From Haliotis rubra (taxonomy: Eukaryota), in assembly GCF_003918875.1 (NCBI RefSeq), contig NW_025767734.1, positions 620,001 to 684,000 of the forward strand: a stretch of 64,000 nucleotides of DNA, read 5' to 3'. The stretch's first letter is position 1. Every line of letters begins with the position of its first letter. Shown piece after piece: positions 12,789 through 27,500 of the stretch. The position numbers were made by a program, and so were the translations under genes. The notes beneath the pieces are model-generated. The model was not told where the DNA came from and did no database searches. It saw nothing but the letters and a program-made list of their open reading frames with translations.

Positions 12789-12945
12789 TGGGTAGTGTGG
12801 TTAAAGTGTTTGCTTGTCACCTTGAGGGCCCTGGTTCGATTCCCCACATTTGTACAAATACAATGTGTGAAGCCCATTTCTGGTGTCCCTTGCCGGGATA
12901 TTGCTGAAATACTGTTAAAAGTGGCAAAAAACATACTCACTCACT
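12789..12945 (+). mobile_element. tRNA-derived SINE, family A (diverged)
   Basis: B box GGTTCGATTCC, core ACAATGTGTGAAGCCCATTTCTGGTGTCCC, ACTC tail. Confidence 0.8.
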
Positions 12946-14835
12946 TGTGGTCTCATCATAAATATGTAGATGCTGACAGATGGACAAGGTTTTGGCCTGC
13001 CAGAAAAAAAATCAACAAGTAGTGAATACAGTGACACTTTATTCTCACATCCAGCCAATCTAGATCGTCCACAGTAACAGCATTCAACTCATTTGTCAGG
13101 CTTCCATAGCATGGAAAAGCAGCTGATGAACCAATATAATGAAGTATGAAGTATGATCTTGATGATATTCTCCTCTGGATGATCGCATGCATTATTTACA
13201 ACTGTGGAGAGATAGTGAGTGAAGGCCTTGTCCTGCTTTTAGCAGGGTTGCAGCATGTTCAAGCTCTGTGTTCAGTGTTAGAAATAGCTTCCGTGATGAT
13301 ATATCATCAGTGTTGACATCACAGAACAAAATCAGTCATAATAACGAGACTGAGATTTTAGACCTCTCCAAACCAAACACTCCCACTGTCCATGATCAGT
13401 AGTCCCTTGGTTGCAGCCAAGGGGCTGTAACACTGTTTCTAACAGTATCTGCATTATACCACGGCATGACCGCTGGGAGGACAGGATCAAGTGATTTAGT
13501 CTTTGACCACTTTGGCCCATCTCAATATTTCCATGGCTGAGCTATTTCTAACACTGATAAGCAGGTGGTGCACCAGTATGGATGTACCAGTCATTAACTG
13601 CCTGGCCATGACAACTGTTAGTCAATGTGTCCTCATTGCACAAAGCCCCCATGGCTACTCATGTTCCTAGGCATATCTTCTGGATGAAATTTACAGATCC
13701 ATTAACAGAGAAACTTTCCCCTAAAATATTATATTTTTTGTATGGATTAAATGGAAAAGCCCACCTGCAATTTAACTGTTTAGTCATGATAACCCATCAT
13801 ATGAACTGAAAAGTCTGGCAATGCAAACACTTACAAGTCAATACAAAAGTGAATACTTTTACTCTAAACAAAGTAAGCATCTTGCATTTTTAACAAATTT
13901 AGCATGTATTTTCCCTGGCAAAAAGAACCATCAACACACTGTTATTCAAATATAAATAATCCAATAGAAAATAAATTATTGAGATTAACATAGTAATTTG
14001 TTATGAAAGATATACAGGACATAAACTAACAAGTGTAACCTAACACATGTGGTGGGCCTTTCATAGACTGTATAATCATTGCTTAGGTAACATGAAGCTT
14101 ATTTTCTAAACAGAATGTCCACCTATAGAAAATCATTTCAAAATCATTCTTATTCAATCAAAGTGATATGTAATGTACAGAGTTTTGTTGATACCTTAAT
14201 CTGACATAAATGCTGTCACGTGACAGGAGGGATTTTTTAAGTTAAATACATAATTCTCCAAAATATACATAATGGTAATGTGGAAGCAGTAGCCTCAGAA
14301 TCTTGATGAAAAGCTGAATATTCAAATGGTCCCTGATCTGAGCTCAGATCTCAACCTGATGATGCCAGGCTCGTAGCAAGCCAATATTTTCGTGTAAGCC
14401 TGATAGGTTACAAAGCTATGCATTTAAATAGTATTGAGAGCTTGCCCCACTTTCATTTTCAAAATCATGTGTAAGCCTGGGCTTTTTTTATAATGGTAGC
14501 TACGCCCCTGGATGCTAACAGACAAGATGAGACATAGGGTGGACATTTTCAGTTGATGGCTATCACACCACTAGGTATTATCACAGACAAAGTTAGGATG
14601 TTGATAATCCTCTCAGGGACCTTCGCTGAGAGGTGTGTTGTCATTTAAAGACAACACATACATCAGTGGCTACTGGACAGATGGGGAACGAAATAAGTGC
14701 TTTAGAAGCTTTTCCAGCTAAGTCATCTCCTCTCGAGATCACCACCAAGGAGCACATTTTCATTCAATCACATTTGTTACATATGTAACAAGAACAAGTC
14801 CAAGGTCAGCATGATCTCTGTAACATTAACAAGTG

Positions 14836-17800
14836 TCATGGTTTGGCAGCTTTGACCTTCACATCAACAGTAGGTGTGACCTTGACCGTGCCAGAATCCT
14901 CATCTTCATCATCATCATCGTCATCATCGTCTTCTGCCTCTATAAAGTTGTACACATTGCTACATGCTGATAACAAACAAACAACATTATTACATATTTA
15001 AGTTGTGCCCAATAATACCAAACTCTGACTACAAGAACAACGGCTATGAAAAGCCTGGTTTATCCAATTAAACATTCATTCATTCATTCTCTCTTAATGC
15101 TGAATAGAGTCAAATTTTGATGTGTCAAACTTTAATGTGTCAAACGTTGTTGTGGCAAACTTTGATGTGTCAAACGTTGTTGTGTCACACTTTGATGTGT
15201 CAAACATTGTTGTGGCAAACTTTGATGTGTCAAACTTTTTGTGCTAAACTGGGAGGTGTCAAACTTTGTTGTGTCACACTTTTAGTGCCAAACTTTGAGG
15301 TGTCAAACTTTGTTGTGTCAAACTTTGTTGTGTCACACTTTGATGTGTCGAACTTTGATGTGTCACACTTTGATGTGTCGAACTTTGTTGTGTCACACTT
15401 TTATGTGTCGAACTTTGTTGTGTCACACTTTGATGTGTCGAACTTTGATGTGTCACACTTGGTCCTTGCATAGTCCATATTAAGTCATCATTTTGTAATG
15501 TCGAACCTCAGATAATGGGAGGCATTTAAGTAGGTCCCTTCAACTCCGACAAAGTGGCATCTGACTGTATTTCCCATCAGTGGCAATGAAAGAACTCACT
15601 GTTAATTACTCCACAAGTACATTTGAGTAAACTCTCAATTTGAGTGCCAGGATAAACTGATTAGGTCACTTACGTATTGGTGACTGAACATCTAAATGTT
15701 ATTCTTGATCAGCTGTCATTGCTCTTTCTACATCATCTGCTTTTCATGCACAGTCTACATATGAGGCCATATAAGTTCAGTTTTGAATTTTCAGTTCACA
15801 AAACAATGGAAGTAAGGTGAAAATCATTCTCCATGATATAATCTGATGAAACTAACTGCCATTTAGGGCCAAAGCATCATATGAAAAATGTAAACTTTGA
15901 GGATCATATGTGCGTAAATGAAGTCTCTACAGAAGTTGAAGTGGCAGGGATGAAAATCTCACAATGAACTTTATATGGCCCCATGTTACAAAAGTAAGAA
16001 CAACTGAAGTGTAACTTACAACTAACCTGAAAAGGCTTCTGGGTGCATCTTCGACAGCCTCTGCTTCAACTTCCTACAAAACAGCAGCGTTAATTGTTAT
16101 CACTGTATTTGTGAGTGAGTGAGTGAGTTTATTTTTACACCACACTCAGCAATATTCCAGGTATGTGGTGGCGGTCTGTAAATAATCGAGTCTGGACCAG
16201 ACAATCGAGTGATCAACAGCATGAGCATCGATCTGTGCAATTGGGAACCAATGACATTTGTCAACCAAGCCAGCATACCTGACCACCCGATCCCGTTAGT
16301 CGCCTCTTACGACAAGCAAGGGTTACTGAAGATTCATTCTAACCGGGACCTTCACAGATCGCTGTATTTGTGTACAAACAAGGACTTAATGTTTAAAATA
16401 TTTAAGTGAGCATGAAATACTCAAAACAGCATTTAAATTGTTAAACAGTGTTAAATGTTAGATCAACCATCCATTGTGTGATTGAAGAGAAAGACATGCA
16501 AAGAAATGTGATGCTGTAGATATTGGTTTCCCCACCTGCCTGAGGAAATGGTTGAATACAAGACCTGTTGCATGGCATCTATCTACTATAGTGAGACTGT
16601 TGTGATAAACAAACGTTCTAATCATCCATTTGAATGAAGGCTGAGGGTATTTCCTGTATCTTTATGTACTGCAAAATGCATTCATGTAAATATCATAAAT
16701 TGTAGTGTGTAGCATTGCCATGGAGGCAGGCATTGTTGCACCACTAACCTTTTGAGCTAAGCTACCAGGGTTAGGGACCTGGACAGGTATATATATTCTT
16801 TATTTGGTACAGTGGTGTGGGCCATCAGCCCTGTGTACAACATGGTCCATATGTATACAGTGATAAATTATAAAGTACTTATACCAGTAAAGCAAGGCTG
16901 AGATTTAGGGCATGGAGGATATACCAAATCAATAACTTTACAAGGCACTTATACAAGTACATCGATGCATGGGAATTATAACAGTCCATATACGGAGATA
17001 CATCTGATTTTACAAAGCACTTATACAAGTGTAAGAAATTGAGAGCATTCTTGCCCCTCAAAATATGTTGAATTTCTAACATATCTCCAATGACCACTTT
17101 CCTTTTATACCTGTGTTTATATGTGTAAGACCAACTTGTTTGAATCAAAATGGAGAACCTTCAAATTTCAGGGGTGTATTATTTAAACGCATCATTTTTT
17201 TTGCTCAGCATGTTTTCAAAATCACATGAATCATAATTAACCTTATCAAGTATATACCTTATCCTCCGGAATACAACGTCCAAGTCTTTCTTCATGTCAT
17301 ACAGCAACATGGTGTGTCTCTTAAACTCCTGACTTGTTGTTTCAAACCGACTGGAAGACAGCATATTAAAGTTGATCAGCATCTCATTGGTCTTTTCAAA
17401 CCTAGACAACCTGAAACAAAAATATATCATATCATATATGTGAACCAGTAACCCTTCAACCTTGGACACAAATCAGATCATGAGTCTTGGAAATTCTCTC
17501 CTGTCTCCCTCTTGTAATTTCAGCTAAAAGTAAACTATCTATATTAACTTACATTAAACATTAACTAATGAGAAGATAGTGAACATGTAATGTCTGTAAG
17601 ATTAATTTGGGATCAATACCTGGTGAGACACCCATGCTGGATGCTACATGCATGATGTCTTGCATACTTGTGAGTAACCTGCTTGCCCTTGGTGTAGCCT
17701 GCACTCTGCCTCAAAGACCATCCCTCATTCATGTTTGAGGGTGGTTGGTCTCATGCACTTTGCATACACTCACCACCCAAAGAATCAACCAAACATGTCA

Positions 17801-19220
17801 GGGGACTTACTTGGTCAGTCCAATGTCTGAATGCCTTCTTGTCAAAGATAAACAGTAACTACCTTGGCATGATATGGTCTGGCATTGTCAACTTGCACCT
17901 CAAAATTTCAACCAAGAATTCTAACAAATGCAAAGACAGAACACAAAACATTTGTTAACATATTGCCATGATTGCTGACCAATCACTAAGTATGGTCAAG
18001 AATTGATACCTTTTCATACTGATTGATGCAATGTCACCGACATTTTCTGTGAATCAAAACCTTGATTTGTCTGTAAACATTGGCAAACAGGCCTTCCTTG
18101 TTTTTTCCCAGCCTACCTCAATCATTTTTTAATGTGGTAATCTGTTACACTGTCACATCCATCGTTGGAAGCTTTGCTCATAGACAGGCTGTATAGTCAG
18201 TCGACCTTCTTTTTATCATATGGAATTCATTTAGATAACAAGAGCAGATTTTGATCTGTTGCGAAGTGCAGTTATAGGAATTGGACAAACTTGTCTTGGT
18301 GTCAGATATTTTTAGGCCTACAAATCAAAGGTCTCAATGCAACCCTTGAGTCCATTGATACTTGTCCCTCGGTCAAGAAAATCGCTTTTTGATTTGTCAT
18401 CATCAATGATCATTCAAATAACTTGGGATATTGACATCCCCCTCTATATCATACTCTCAATTTGCAAATTTGTCTATTCATTGAAATACTGTCTCAGAGG
18501 CATTTTTATGACCGTGTTCAGTTGTATTAGTAATTGTGAACTACCTTATACATGCACATGTTGATGTTTGTTTGCACATGTATCTTGTGGTGTTCATGCA
18601 TGATGTGACATTTCATTGTGATTAGAATACTGCATTCAGATTCAGAAACGATTCCCGCAGCATTGCATGTTATTTCCAACAACATATAATCTCTTATGGA
18701 ACGTTTGTTGAGGTACGACCTCTTATTCAGTGTCAACATGTTGGCAAAAACAAAACAACCAACCATTTCATCAGTGTGCGGAAATTACTAGTACACAAAG
18801 TCAGGTCATGGCCTGGCACCATGAGGAAAAACTAACCTGTGTATGTGAATAGTTTACCCAGCTAATCATAAAGTATGCACATTTCAAGAGAGCACAATAC
18901 CCATTAGAAACAAAATGTACCCGGTAATGTACATCCTATGCCTATGTAGGATCCGTTCTTACAATCCTTTCCACCCACTGACATTGCTCTGCATAATGAC
19001 CAAATGACAATGTCATTGGTAATAAATAATCCTTACAAGGCAGAGACACAATCTTAGCGTTATGATATCATTGCAAAACATAAGTAGAAACATTTCATTA
19101 CATTTCTCGTTGATGTTGAACCATTGAAGCTACATCGTCTCTCCTCACTTGTCCGACCAAGGCGTCAGCGAAGACCTCAGCACCTGACTCTGCGGAATCA
19201 TCCATTTCTTTAGCAGCCAT
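14836..19220 (-). CDS. KXD1: KxDL motif-containing protein 1 (BORC subunit), 4 coding exons, 149 aa
   Basis: Exons 19220-19102, 17410-17258, 16073-16027, 14966-14836; all GT-AG, phases consistent (450 nt). Protein MAAKEMDDSAESGAEVFADALVGQVRRDDVASMVQHQREMLSRFEKTNEMLINFN..MKKDLDVVFRRIRKLKQRLSKMHPEAF plus acidic tail; matches the KXD1 RFEKTNEML and KxDL motifs. Confidence 0.93.
15108..15460. repeat. 15-bp minisatellite in KXD1 intron 3
   Basis: Unit AAACTTTG(A/T)TGTGTC, ~23 copies. Confidence 0.95.
16114..16360 (-). mobile_element. SINE-like retroposon, family B, full length
   Basis: 11-bp TSD CTGTATTTGTG at 16103-16113 and 16362-16372; same 5' start as the 7024 copy. Confidence 0.9.
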
Positions 19221-20135
19221 TATCACACCATCAGAGTTATCTGCCCTTGGTAAGCAGACAACTATGGAAACATGTTGGTGCTAAGTATTGCGGAAAGGAA
19301 ATCGGCCATATTTTATTGTATAATAAATCAAATGTGTAAGGAAAACGGAATATTACTGAGCGGTCGCAAAATTGATCCAAATTATTCGTCACATCAGTCT
19401 TAGCCTCACATACATGTCTAATCATCAAAATGCAGACAGAAAACAACCTCAACCTGAAAAGACTTATCAGGTATTTGCTGAACAAAAGTCATGTACGCAC
19501 AGATACATCCACATGGGGCTTGATTTACTATAGAGAGATGTCCTATCCAGGGCGAGAAAATTACTAGGGACCCGGACGTAACATCATTAATATAGGCTTA
19601 AACTGATGTATATAGGATTAAATTGATAATTTAGTTGTGGACATACAGCTGTACTGCAGTTTACATCCCCTAGGACCATTAGGGTATTTTTACGTTTGTT
19701 GAGCTGTAAGAATCTCATGCATAACTTCAGATAGCCATGATACTTAATTTTCAGCTGCCACAATGAACTATAATGAAGATTAACGCCGATCCCCACATTA
19801 ATTAATTTTAGCAAAGCAGGTACCCATACATTTGTCATGTGATGTTTACATCAATGTCGTGTGGGTTTTGACGTTATTTTTATATTTCCCAACGGTCGAA
19901 TCGCAGCAGTTATAACCTTCAAGGGATTCTTTTAACGCACGTGTCCCCAAAACATTCCCGAAGAAAACATATTTTAAATGCGATTATTGTTTAGATTTTC
20001 GACAAGACGTAATAACTAATATTAGATCAGCTCCTTGCAGCGCAGCGAGGTCTTAGCATTCAGCGAAAAAATAAACGATGCGAGGAGTTTGAGTAGAGGA
20101 AATCAACACTGTCTTTGTTTTCGTTTCCACTCAAG
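19221..20135. promoter_or_regulatory. Probable bidirectional promoter between KXD1 and the WHAMM/JMY-like gene
   Basis: KXD1 ATG at 19220 (-); candidate non-coding first exon on + ending at donor AAG|GTATGT (20135); CpGs retained locally; no recognised TE. Confidence 0.5.
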
Positions 20136-21557
20136 GTATGTATTCATTATCAATATACTGTCACAATTATTATTTGCATGGCATTGATATATAAACTTGT
20201 GAGTCTGACTGAGCAACTGAAATATGGCGATAAGTTCATTTGATGTCAGCTGTTACCAGTGTCCCGTAACATATGACGTATTCAAAGAACTTGCAGAAAA
20301 AGAAATTCATGTTTAGAAACGGAAAACCCCCATGTCACTGATCGTTTAAGTTTGTACATGAGTCATATTCACGTTCAGGAGACGACCTCTGACACGCGAT
20401 ATATATTGATATATATATTGCATGTACATGACGGTGGACTGTTCAGACCCACAGTCCAGTGATTATGTTTACGGTTATTCGCTGGTGAGAACAGCTGATA
20501 GGTTTATTCATAATGGAGGAAAGAACAACTTCCAGGTAATTAGGTTAATGTTGATGTTTAGTATACACACATGTATATAACGGGTAATATTGAAAAGTAT
20601 ATACTCACCAAGCAACATTAACTTCCTAGGACATTGCATACATGTAATGTCACAAGTTTGCCAATCTTTATACAGCAGGTATTTATTTACTATGCAAGCT
20701 GATGTAATCCACTGAACATTTAACTGTTTTCCCCATGTATGTATTTGTATGGCTGTACAATTACTACAATAGATATTTGTACACTCTCAGTCAGGAAAAG
20801 TCACAGGACTTAATTGTGTTACGTTTTGAGTGTCAACCTTGTGTATACCTTCTTCTGTTGGATGTAAGTGTAAGTGTTTTCCAGAGTCTTAATCAACATG
20901 GAAAAATAAACCCCATTATTACCGCGGATACTATGGGATATTTGTCAAGCTATCAACTACAACTTTACCAGGCAAGGATTGGTTGTTTAGAAACCAACCT
21001 TGTTGCTTGTTGTACTGCCTTCAATACTTTCCCCTAGCCAGGGCAGACCAAAAAGCTACTTGAGTTACCTCCTCTTGTGCTCTTGGTATGCAGCCATTAA
21101 TAAACATGTGAAGCTAACCACGCTCTTGTGTTCAGAAGCGAACAAACCACCTGATATAGCTTGGATGTTGCGGACTTTGATGAAAAACATCAAATACATG
21201 TAAATGAGAGGCACTTGTCAGTGAATAGCATAGATATGATTATCATTAATTCCAACACAACCGATCTGCTGTTGTAAAATGTAGTTATGAACATTAGAAT
21301 ATAGAAAGGACACATAAACCAACACATGTAAATCTGTTCTTTCAAAGGTTAACAATCAGTTCATATCAGTGTAGTTCACTAATATTTAACTTGGCAGTTG
21401 GGTACTGTAGTCTTATGTTATGCCCAATTTTAAGTCCCTGCTGTGACACTGCTACTCCTTCTCTCTCTCCCTCCCTCCCTCCTTCGCTCACTCACTCACT
21501 CACTCGTGTTTTGATTGCAGGGTCTGCTGGGGACAGTGTAAGCCTCAGCAGGGGAGG

Positions 21558-24500
21558 ATGGAATGTGACCAGATGGACTCGCTGGAGGGGTGGGTAGCTA
21601 TTAAGGAGAGTCCATTTGCAGACCACTTGCTCCCACCTCGTATGACATTCCTTGTGGCATGGAATGATGTAGAGAAAAAGGTGGCTATTTCATGTCGACT
21701 CCGGAGCCGTGTTGCTAGGGATACAGAAGACTGTAAGAGTCGGTCAGGGATTGTTTACTTTCCAGGAACTGAAAGGAATCCATGAACTCTTCTGTTTAGT
21801 CCATCCTTCGTTAAGTTCATTTCTGCCAGAACTACCTGAAATTCCTCAAGGGTTGTGGGCCTATGTGTACTATCAGGAAACACCTGAAAACATTGACAAG
21901 CTCTGCGTCCAACTTGAAGAGTATCTTGCAGTTGCCTTGGAGACGTGTAAAGAGAAGCTTTTGATGTCAACATTGTTTGAAGAGCAGAATGCTGATGATT
22001 ATTTTGAGAACATTAGTGAGTTCCGTCGTCAAGGTTATGAGGAAGTTGTGCGAAATGCTGAAGAAGAGCTTAAGAATTTACAGTTTGAACGTCAGCACTG
22101 TGTGACAATGACAGAGATGCAGATGGTTTATGAACTTGAAGATGAGGCCATATTCAAACTTAACATCCATCTGGCGGAGCTATACAACTACCAACTACAG
22201 CCCTTCCTTGATCTCCGGGAAGCTGCACTAACCAAGGTCAAGGAGGCTCGGATGCAGCTGCAGAATGTCAACATCGGTGATCGGGTCAAAAAAGAGTACG
22301 CTCAAATGTTCAGTGAATGGCAGGGACATTACGAACAAGCACTGAGCACAATTCAGGAAATCTATGTTAAATATTATGAGAGAACAAGCAACATATATTC
22401 AGGTTTGTATTTAAACAATTTAGTTAACAGTTCATCAATCATCATTACTATCAGGTGAACAAGTTTTATGGATAGACAACTTCTTAATTGCAATGGATGT
22501 GATGTTTCGGTGTAGATGCTGACACCATTATCAGGCAAGTGATACAAAACATTATTCACAAGGAGAATATGTACAAGAGGTGAAGGTGAGGTGAAATTGG
22601 GTTTAACGCCGCTCTGGAGAATATTTCGCTCATATGACGACGTGCATGCGTGTGAATGTGTATGTGCGGCCGCTTGTACTAGCCCAGACTGAAGCTGGTT
22701 TTATAGTGCTAGCCCACTGAGATACCATGCCGCAGTGAAGCATGAATACCCTACTCAGACACATTATACTGACTCCGAGCCGACCAGTCCTTGTTGTACG
22801 CATTAATGCCGAGCGCCAGGCAGGGACCAACAAGTACCATATTTTAACGTCTTTTGGTATGACGCAGTCGGGATCGAACCCGCCACCTTCCGCTCTCCGG
22901 GCAGATGCTGTAACCACTACACCACGGAGGCGGTCAATATGTACATGAAGGATAACTGAGTTTATACAGTTGAGGAGGCCGGTGTACAGTGTGGTTAGAC
23001 TGCTGATAATAGTTGTGATTATAGATAATCTATCCATAGAACTTATTCATCTTCGTCATAGCAGTTTCTAAAAAGCTCCTTCAAGAAATCATTACTATTC
23101 TTCAGCAGTTGACAATGAAAACTGGCAGGATGGAGTAAAAGGGTTTTTGTAGATATACGATATGATCTGATTTCATTTTCTTTAGAATTCTTTCAAGTCA
23201 TTGTGTTTTGAAAATTGTCCATGTTGTTTCATTTCAGACATAGTATCATCAATGAACAGGGATAAGAAGCAGTTCGGGAAAAGTTCCTTTGATTTGATTG
23301 GAGCTGAAAGACTTCTAAGGTAGAGGATGAGGACTTGTATCTGCATAATCAATCAGTTCTTAATCATGTGAAAGTGTTAACTTAGTTTTATGTTTGGATT
23401 TTGAAGAAAAGAAAAACGGAACTTGTAAAATTTCTTAACAAATAATCATAAAATTGTATAAATTCTGTTGAGGTTTGAAGTATCAAGTAGTTGTCTGGTG
23501 AGTAGTATGGACATTGGAGACTGTGCGGCTTAATGCATAGTTTGTGTTGGACGAGGGTTCAGGAGGATCTCTCGCTGGAGAAACTGCAGCTGCTGCACAA
23601 CAAGAGGAAGCAGATGGTTCAGGAGCGAGACAAGGTGAAGGAACAGGTGGGTTCTCCTTGCTGTTTCATCATCGTCTCTCCTGCTGGTAAATGCCAGGGC
23701 AGAGTAGGCTGCAAGTAGCATGCTTGTCTTGAGAACCAACTGATTACATGCATGTTACTGTCAGAGTTTGTGTCTGATTTTAGGTCATCTTAACATTCAC
23801 TCATGGCAACTTCAGTTGTCACAAAATGGATCAAATTAGCATTTATGGTAAGAGTAGCTATGTGAATCATGGTAGAAAGCACACACCATATAGTTCTACA
23901 GCCCACTGTTTCAGTCGTTATTGCTTGTTTTGTCAGATTGGCTGCAGATTGTCAGATAGTGAGTGTGGAGAGGTTCTAAAGCCCATTGTGTTAATGTTTA
24001 TAAATAATCTGCATTGTCAGATTGCGAGCGTAGAGGAGTCACCACAGGCACTGCAGCAGGTGGAGCGTCTGGAGAGGCGGGTGATGGAATGGCAGGAGAA
24101 GGTGTTCAACATCCAAATGCTGGTCCTGGAGGAAGAGGAGGCCCTCGTCATGACACAGATGACTGCACGGACCCGTCAAGTTGCAGGTGAGTCTCAGATC
24201 AGTGTACATGCTCACTGAAGAAAATTTGTTAGCGGTCATTTTACACTGCAATCAGCAATATTCGGGAAAGATCATACTGGCTTGTAATAATTATGACTGG
24301 GAGTTATTGTGAGCCCATCCCACATCAAATGATATGCAAGCAATAAAGCCATCAAGCCCTTTCAGATGACAGGTTAGACAATACATTCTCAGGCTCAGGC
24401 AAAGGTTCGGAATATTCTTTGTTGCCCTATTTATTGTAAAGATATACAAAGTGAGTGAGTGAGTATGGTTTGATGCCACTTTTAGCAATATTCTAGCAAT

Positions 24501-27500
24501 ATCGCGGTGGGAACACCAGAAAGGTGCTTCACACATTGTACCCATGTGGGGAATCGAACCCGTGCCTTCAACATGACGAGCGAACACTTTTACCTCTATG
24601 CTACCCCACCACCCCAGATATACAAAGGGCACAATGACTGAGAGTACCCTGTGAACAATTGACTTATAAGATCGTCTCTGTCCCCCAGCTGCTGAGCAGG
24701 AGCAGGTGTTCTATGATGCAGTGGAAGAAGCCAGCCTCATTGACCCGTCCCTGTACGATCCGGAGGAGGAGATGGAGGACAACATCCATGGAAAGATTGA
24801 TCCTGCTATACTCCAGCTGAAGTCAAAACGGGCTGACATACAGAAACGCAGGATCAACCTACGTAAACGGAAGGTGAAAGATTGTTATAGCCTGTAGCTT
24901 GTGACATGAAGTGTAACCTAGCAACGCCATATTTGTTTCATCTGCTTAGGCCAGACCAATTTTATTTCTTGTTTTACAGATTCGCCTGTCATATTTTTGC
25001 AAGAATAAAAAAAAAACTAATTAATTTTCCCTGCTCAAAAAATGAAATCCTAATGTTTTTGGGCCCAAAATGAAAACTTACAAGACAATTGTGTTTAGAT
25101 TGTTTTTTGCCCCATATACACTTCATAAATTACCAAAAGTAACTTTGAGTATTTAGAAGGAATATTACTTTGACTGGTGAATTTATTTTATTTTTTTCCC
25201 CTCCTGCCTTTAGGTTTTCTGAGGACAAAAATCCGTAAAACAAGAAATAAAATTGGTCTGGCCTTAATAGTCCCTGCAGTATCAACTTTCACAGATCTAA
25301 CAATCATTAATCAGAGGCCCAGATAAGCTGCATATCTGGGTAAAATACGCATAGAAAATTTCCAATTACGCATTGAAAAATAATTGTTGCGTACCAATTA
25401 CACATTTAAAATGTTACATACGCAAAAAGTTTATAACAAATGCGTACGGAATATATACTGTATATTTATAAAAATCACATCGATTGCTATCAAGTTGTAC
25501 TGTTAGTATAGGACTAGTGTTGTACTGTCAGTACAGGATGAGTGATTTTTTATGAAATCATTTCCATTATATTTAAGTTGGTTTTGATTAGGTATGACAT
25601 AAGGCAGAACATACCTGCTTAGTAAACTTACTCAATGACACAATGCTTAGGTGCGTAAAATCCCTGAAATACCCACATATTTGAAAGCAGTGGTTAATCG
25701 AAAATTAAATACCCACTCAACATTCATAATACCCACTCCAAAATAATACAATGGGTACAGTACCCACATGAGCTAAATCTTATCTGGAGCTCTGATTAAT
25801 AGTTCTCAAATACCTTCTAAACATGTTATCTGTCATTTGAACAGTGAGATTTCAGGAGACTGTTATGGGTTTAATTGACAGAGGTTGTTGTCTGAGGGTC
25901 CTTCTCTGATACAACTATTAATTAATATCAACTAATGATTGAGTTAGCATCAGAAAAGAATAGTTCATGAAAGACACAGATTCAAATGATGTTTCTAACA
26001 CTGATATGAACTGGTGTTACAGGCAACATTAGAGGTGCAGAAGAACAAGAAGGTGAATCACCAGAAGGAGACAGCAGAAAAGCAAAAACATCACCATGGA
26101 CCACAGATGGTGAGTGCCCTGACCATCCTGTAGGGGTCTGCTTGGCTACACCAAGTGCCTGGCAGGCTGTGAGGCTTGTGTCGGGATTCTGGTATGTTGT
26201 CAGTCTTCTGGTATGCTGTCAGTCTTCTGGTACGCTGTGAGTCTTCTGGTACGCTGTGAGTCTTCTGGTACGCTGTGAGTCTTCTGGTATGTTGTCAGTC
26301 TTCTGGTATGCTGTGAGTCTTCTGGTACGCTGTCAGTCTTCTGGTAGGTTGTCTGTCTTCTGGTATGCTGTGAGTCTTCTGGTATGTTGTCTGTCTTCTG
26401 GTATGTTGTCTGTCTTCCGGTATGCTGTCAGCCTTCTGGTACGCTGTCAGTCTTCTGGTACGCTGTCAGTCTTCTGGTACACTGTCAGTCTTCTGGTACG
26501 CTGTCAGTCTTCTGGTAGGTTGTCTGTCTTCTGGTGTACTGTCAGTCTTCTGGTATGTTGTCATTCTCTGGTATGTTGTCTGTCTTCTGGTATGTTGTCA
26601 GTCTTCCGGTATGCTGTGAGTCTTCTGGTACGCTGTGAGTCTTCTGGTATGTTGTCTGTCTTCTGGTATGCTGTGAGTCTTCTGGTATGTTGTCTGTCTT
26701 CTGGTATGCTGTCAGTCTTCTGGTATGTTGTCTGTCTTCTGGTATGCTGTCAGTCTTCTGGTACGTTGTCTGTCTTCTGGTATGCTTTGAGTCTTCTGGT
26801 ACGTTGTCTGTCTTCTGGTACACTGTGAGTCTTCTGGTACGTTGTCTGTCTTCTGGTATGCTGTGAGTCTTCTGGTACGTTGTCTGTCTTCTGGTATGCT
26901 GTCAGTCTTCTGGTACGTTGTCTGTCTTCTGGTATGCTGCGAGTCTTCTGGTACGCTGTCTGTCTTCTGGTATGCTGCGAGTCTTCAGGTACGCTGTCTG
27001 TCTTCGAGACGCTGTGAGTCTTCTGGTACGTTGTCTGTCTTCTGGTATGCTGTGAGTCTTCTGGTACGTTGTCTGTCTTCTGGTATGCTGTGAGTCTTCT
27101 GGTACGTTGTCTGTCTTGGTACGCTGTCAGTCTTCTGGTAGGTTGTCTGTCTTCTGGTATGCTGTGAGTCTTCTGGTATGTTGTCAGTCTTCTGGTATGC
27201 TGTGTGTCTTCTAGTACGCTGTCAGTCTTCTGGTATTCTGTCAGTCTTCTGGTACGTTGTCTGTCTTCTGGTATGCTGTCAGTCTTCTGGTACACCGTGA
27301 GTCGTCTTGTATGCTGTGAGTCTTCTGGTATGTTGTCAGTCTTCTGGTACACTGTGAGTCTTCTGGTACACTGTGGAGTCTTCTGTCTTTAAACAGACTC
27401 TGAGTCTTCTGGTTTGATGTGCGTCTTCTGGCACGCTGTGAGTCTTCTGGTACACTGTGAGTCTTCACACAGGCTCTGAATCTTCTGGTACGCTGTTGGT

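Noticed and set aside
15117-15483. Short repetitive ORFs
   Set aside because: 15-bp tandem repeat inside a KXD1 intron.
21733-21747. Micro-intron GTAAGAGTCGGTCAG as a fix for the frameshift
   Set aside because: 15 nt is too short to splice and is a multiple of 3, so the frame would not be corrected.
26256-27468. Repetitive ORFs on both strands
   Set aside because: Translations of the 19-bp intronic minisatellite.
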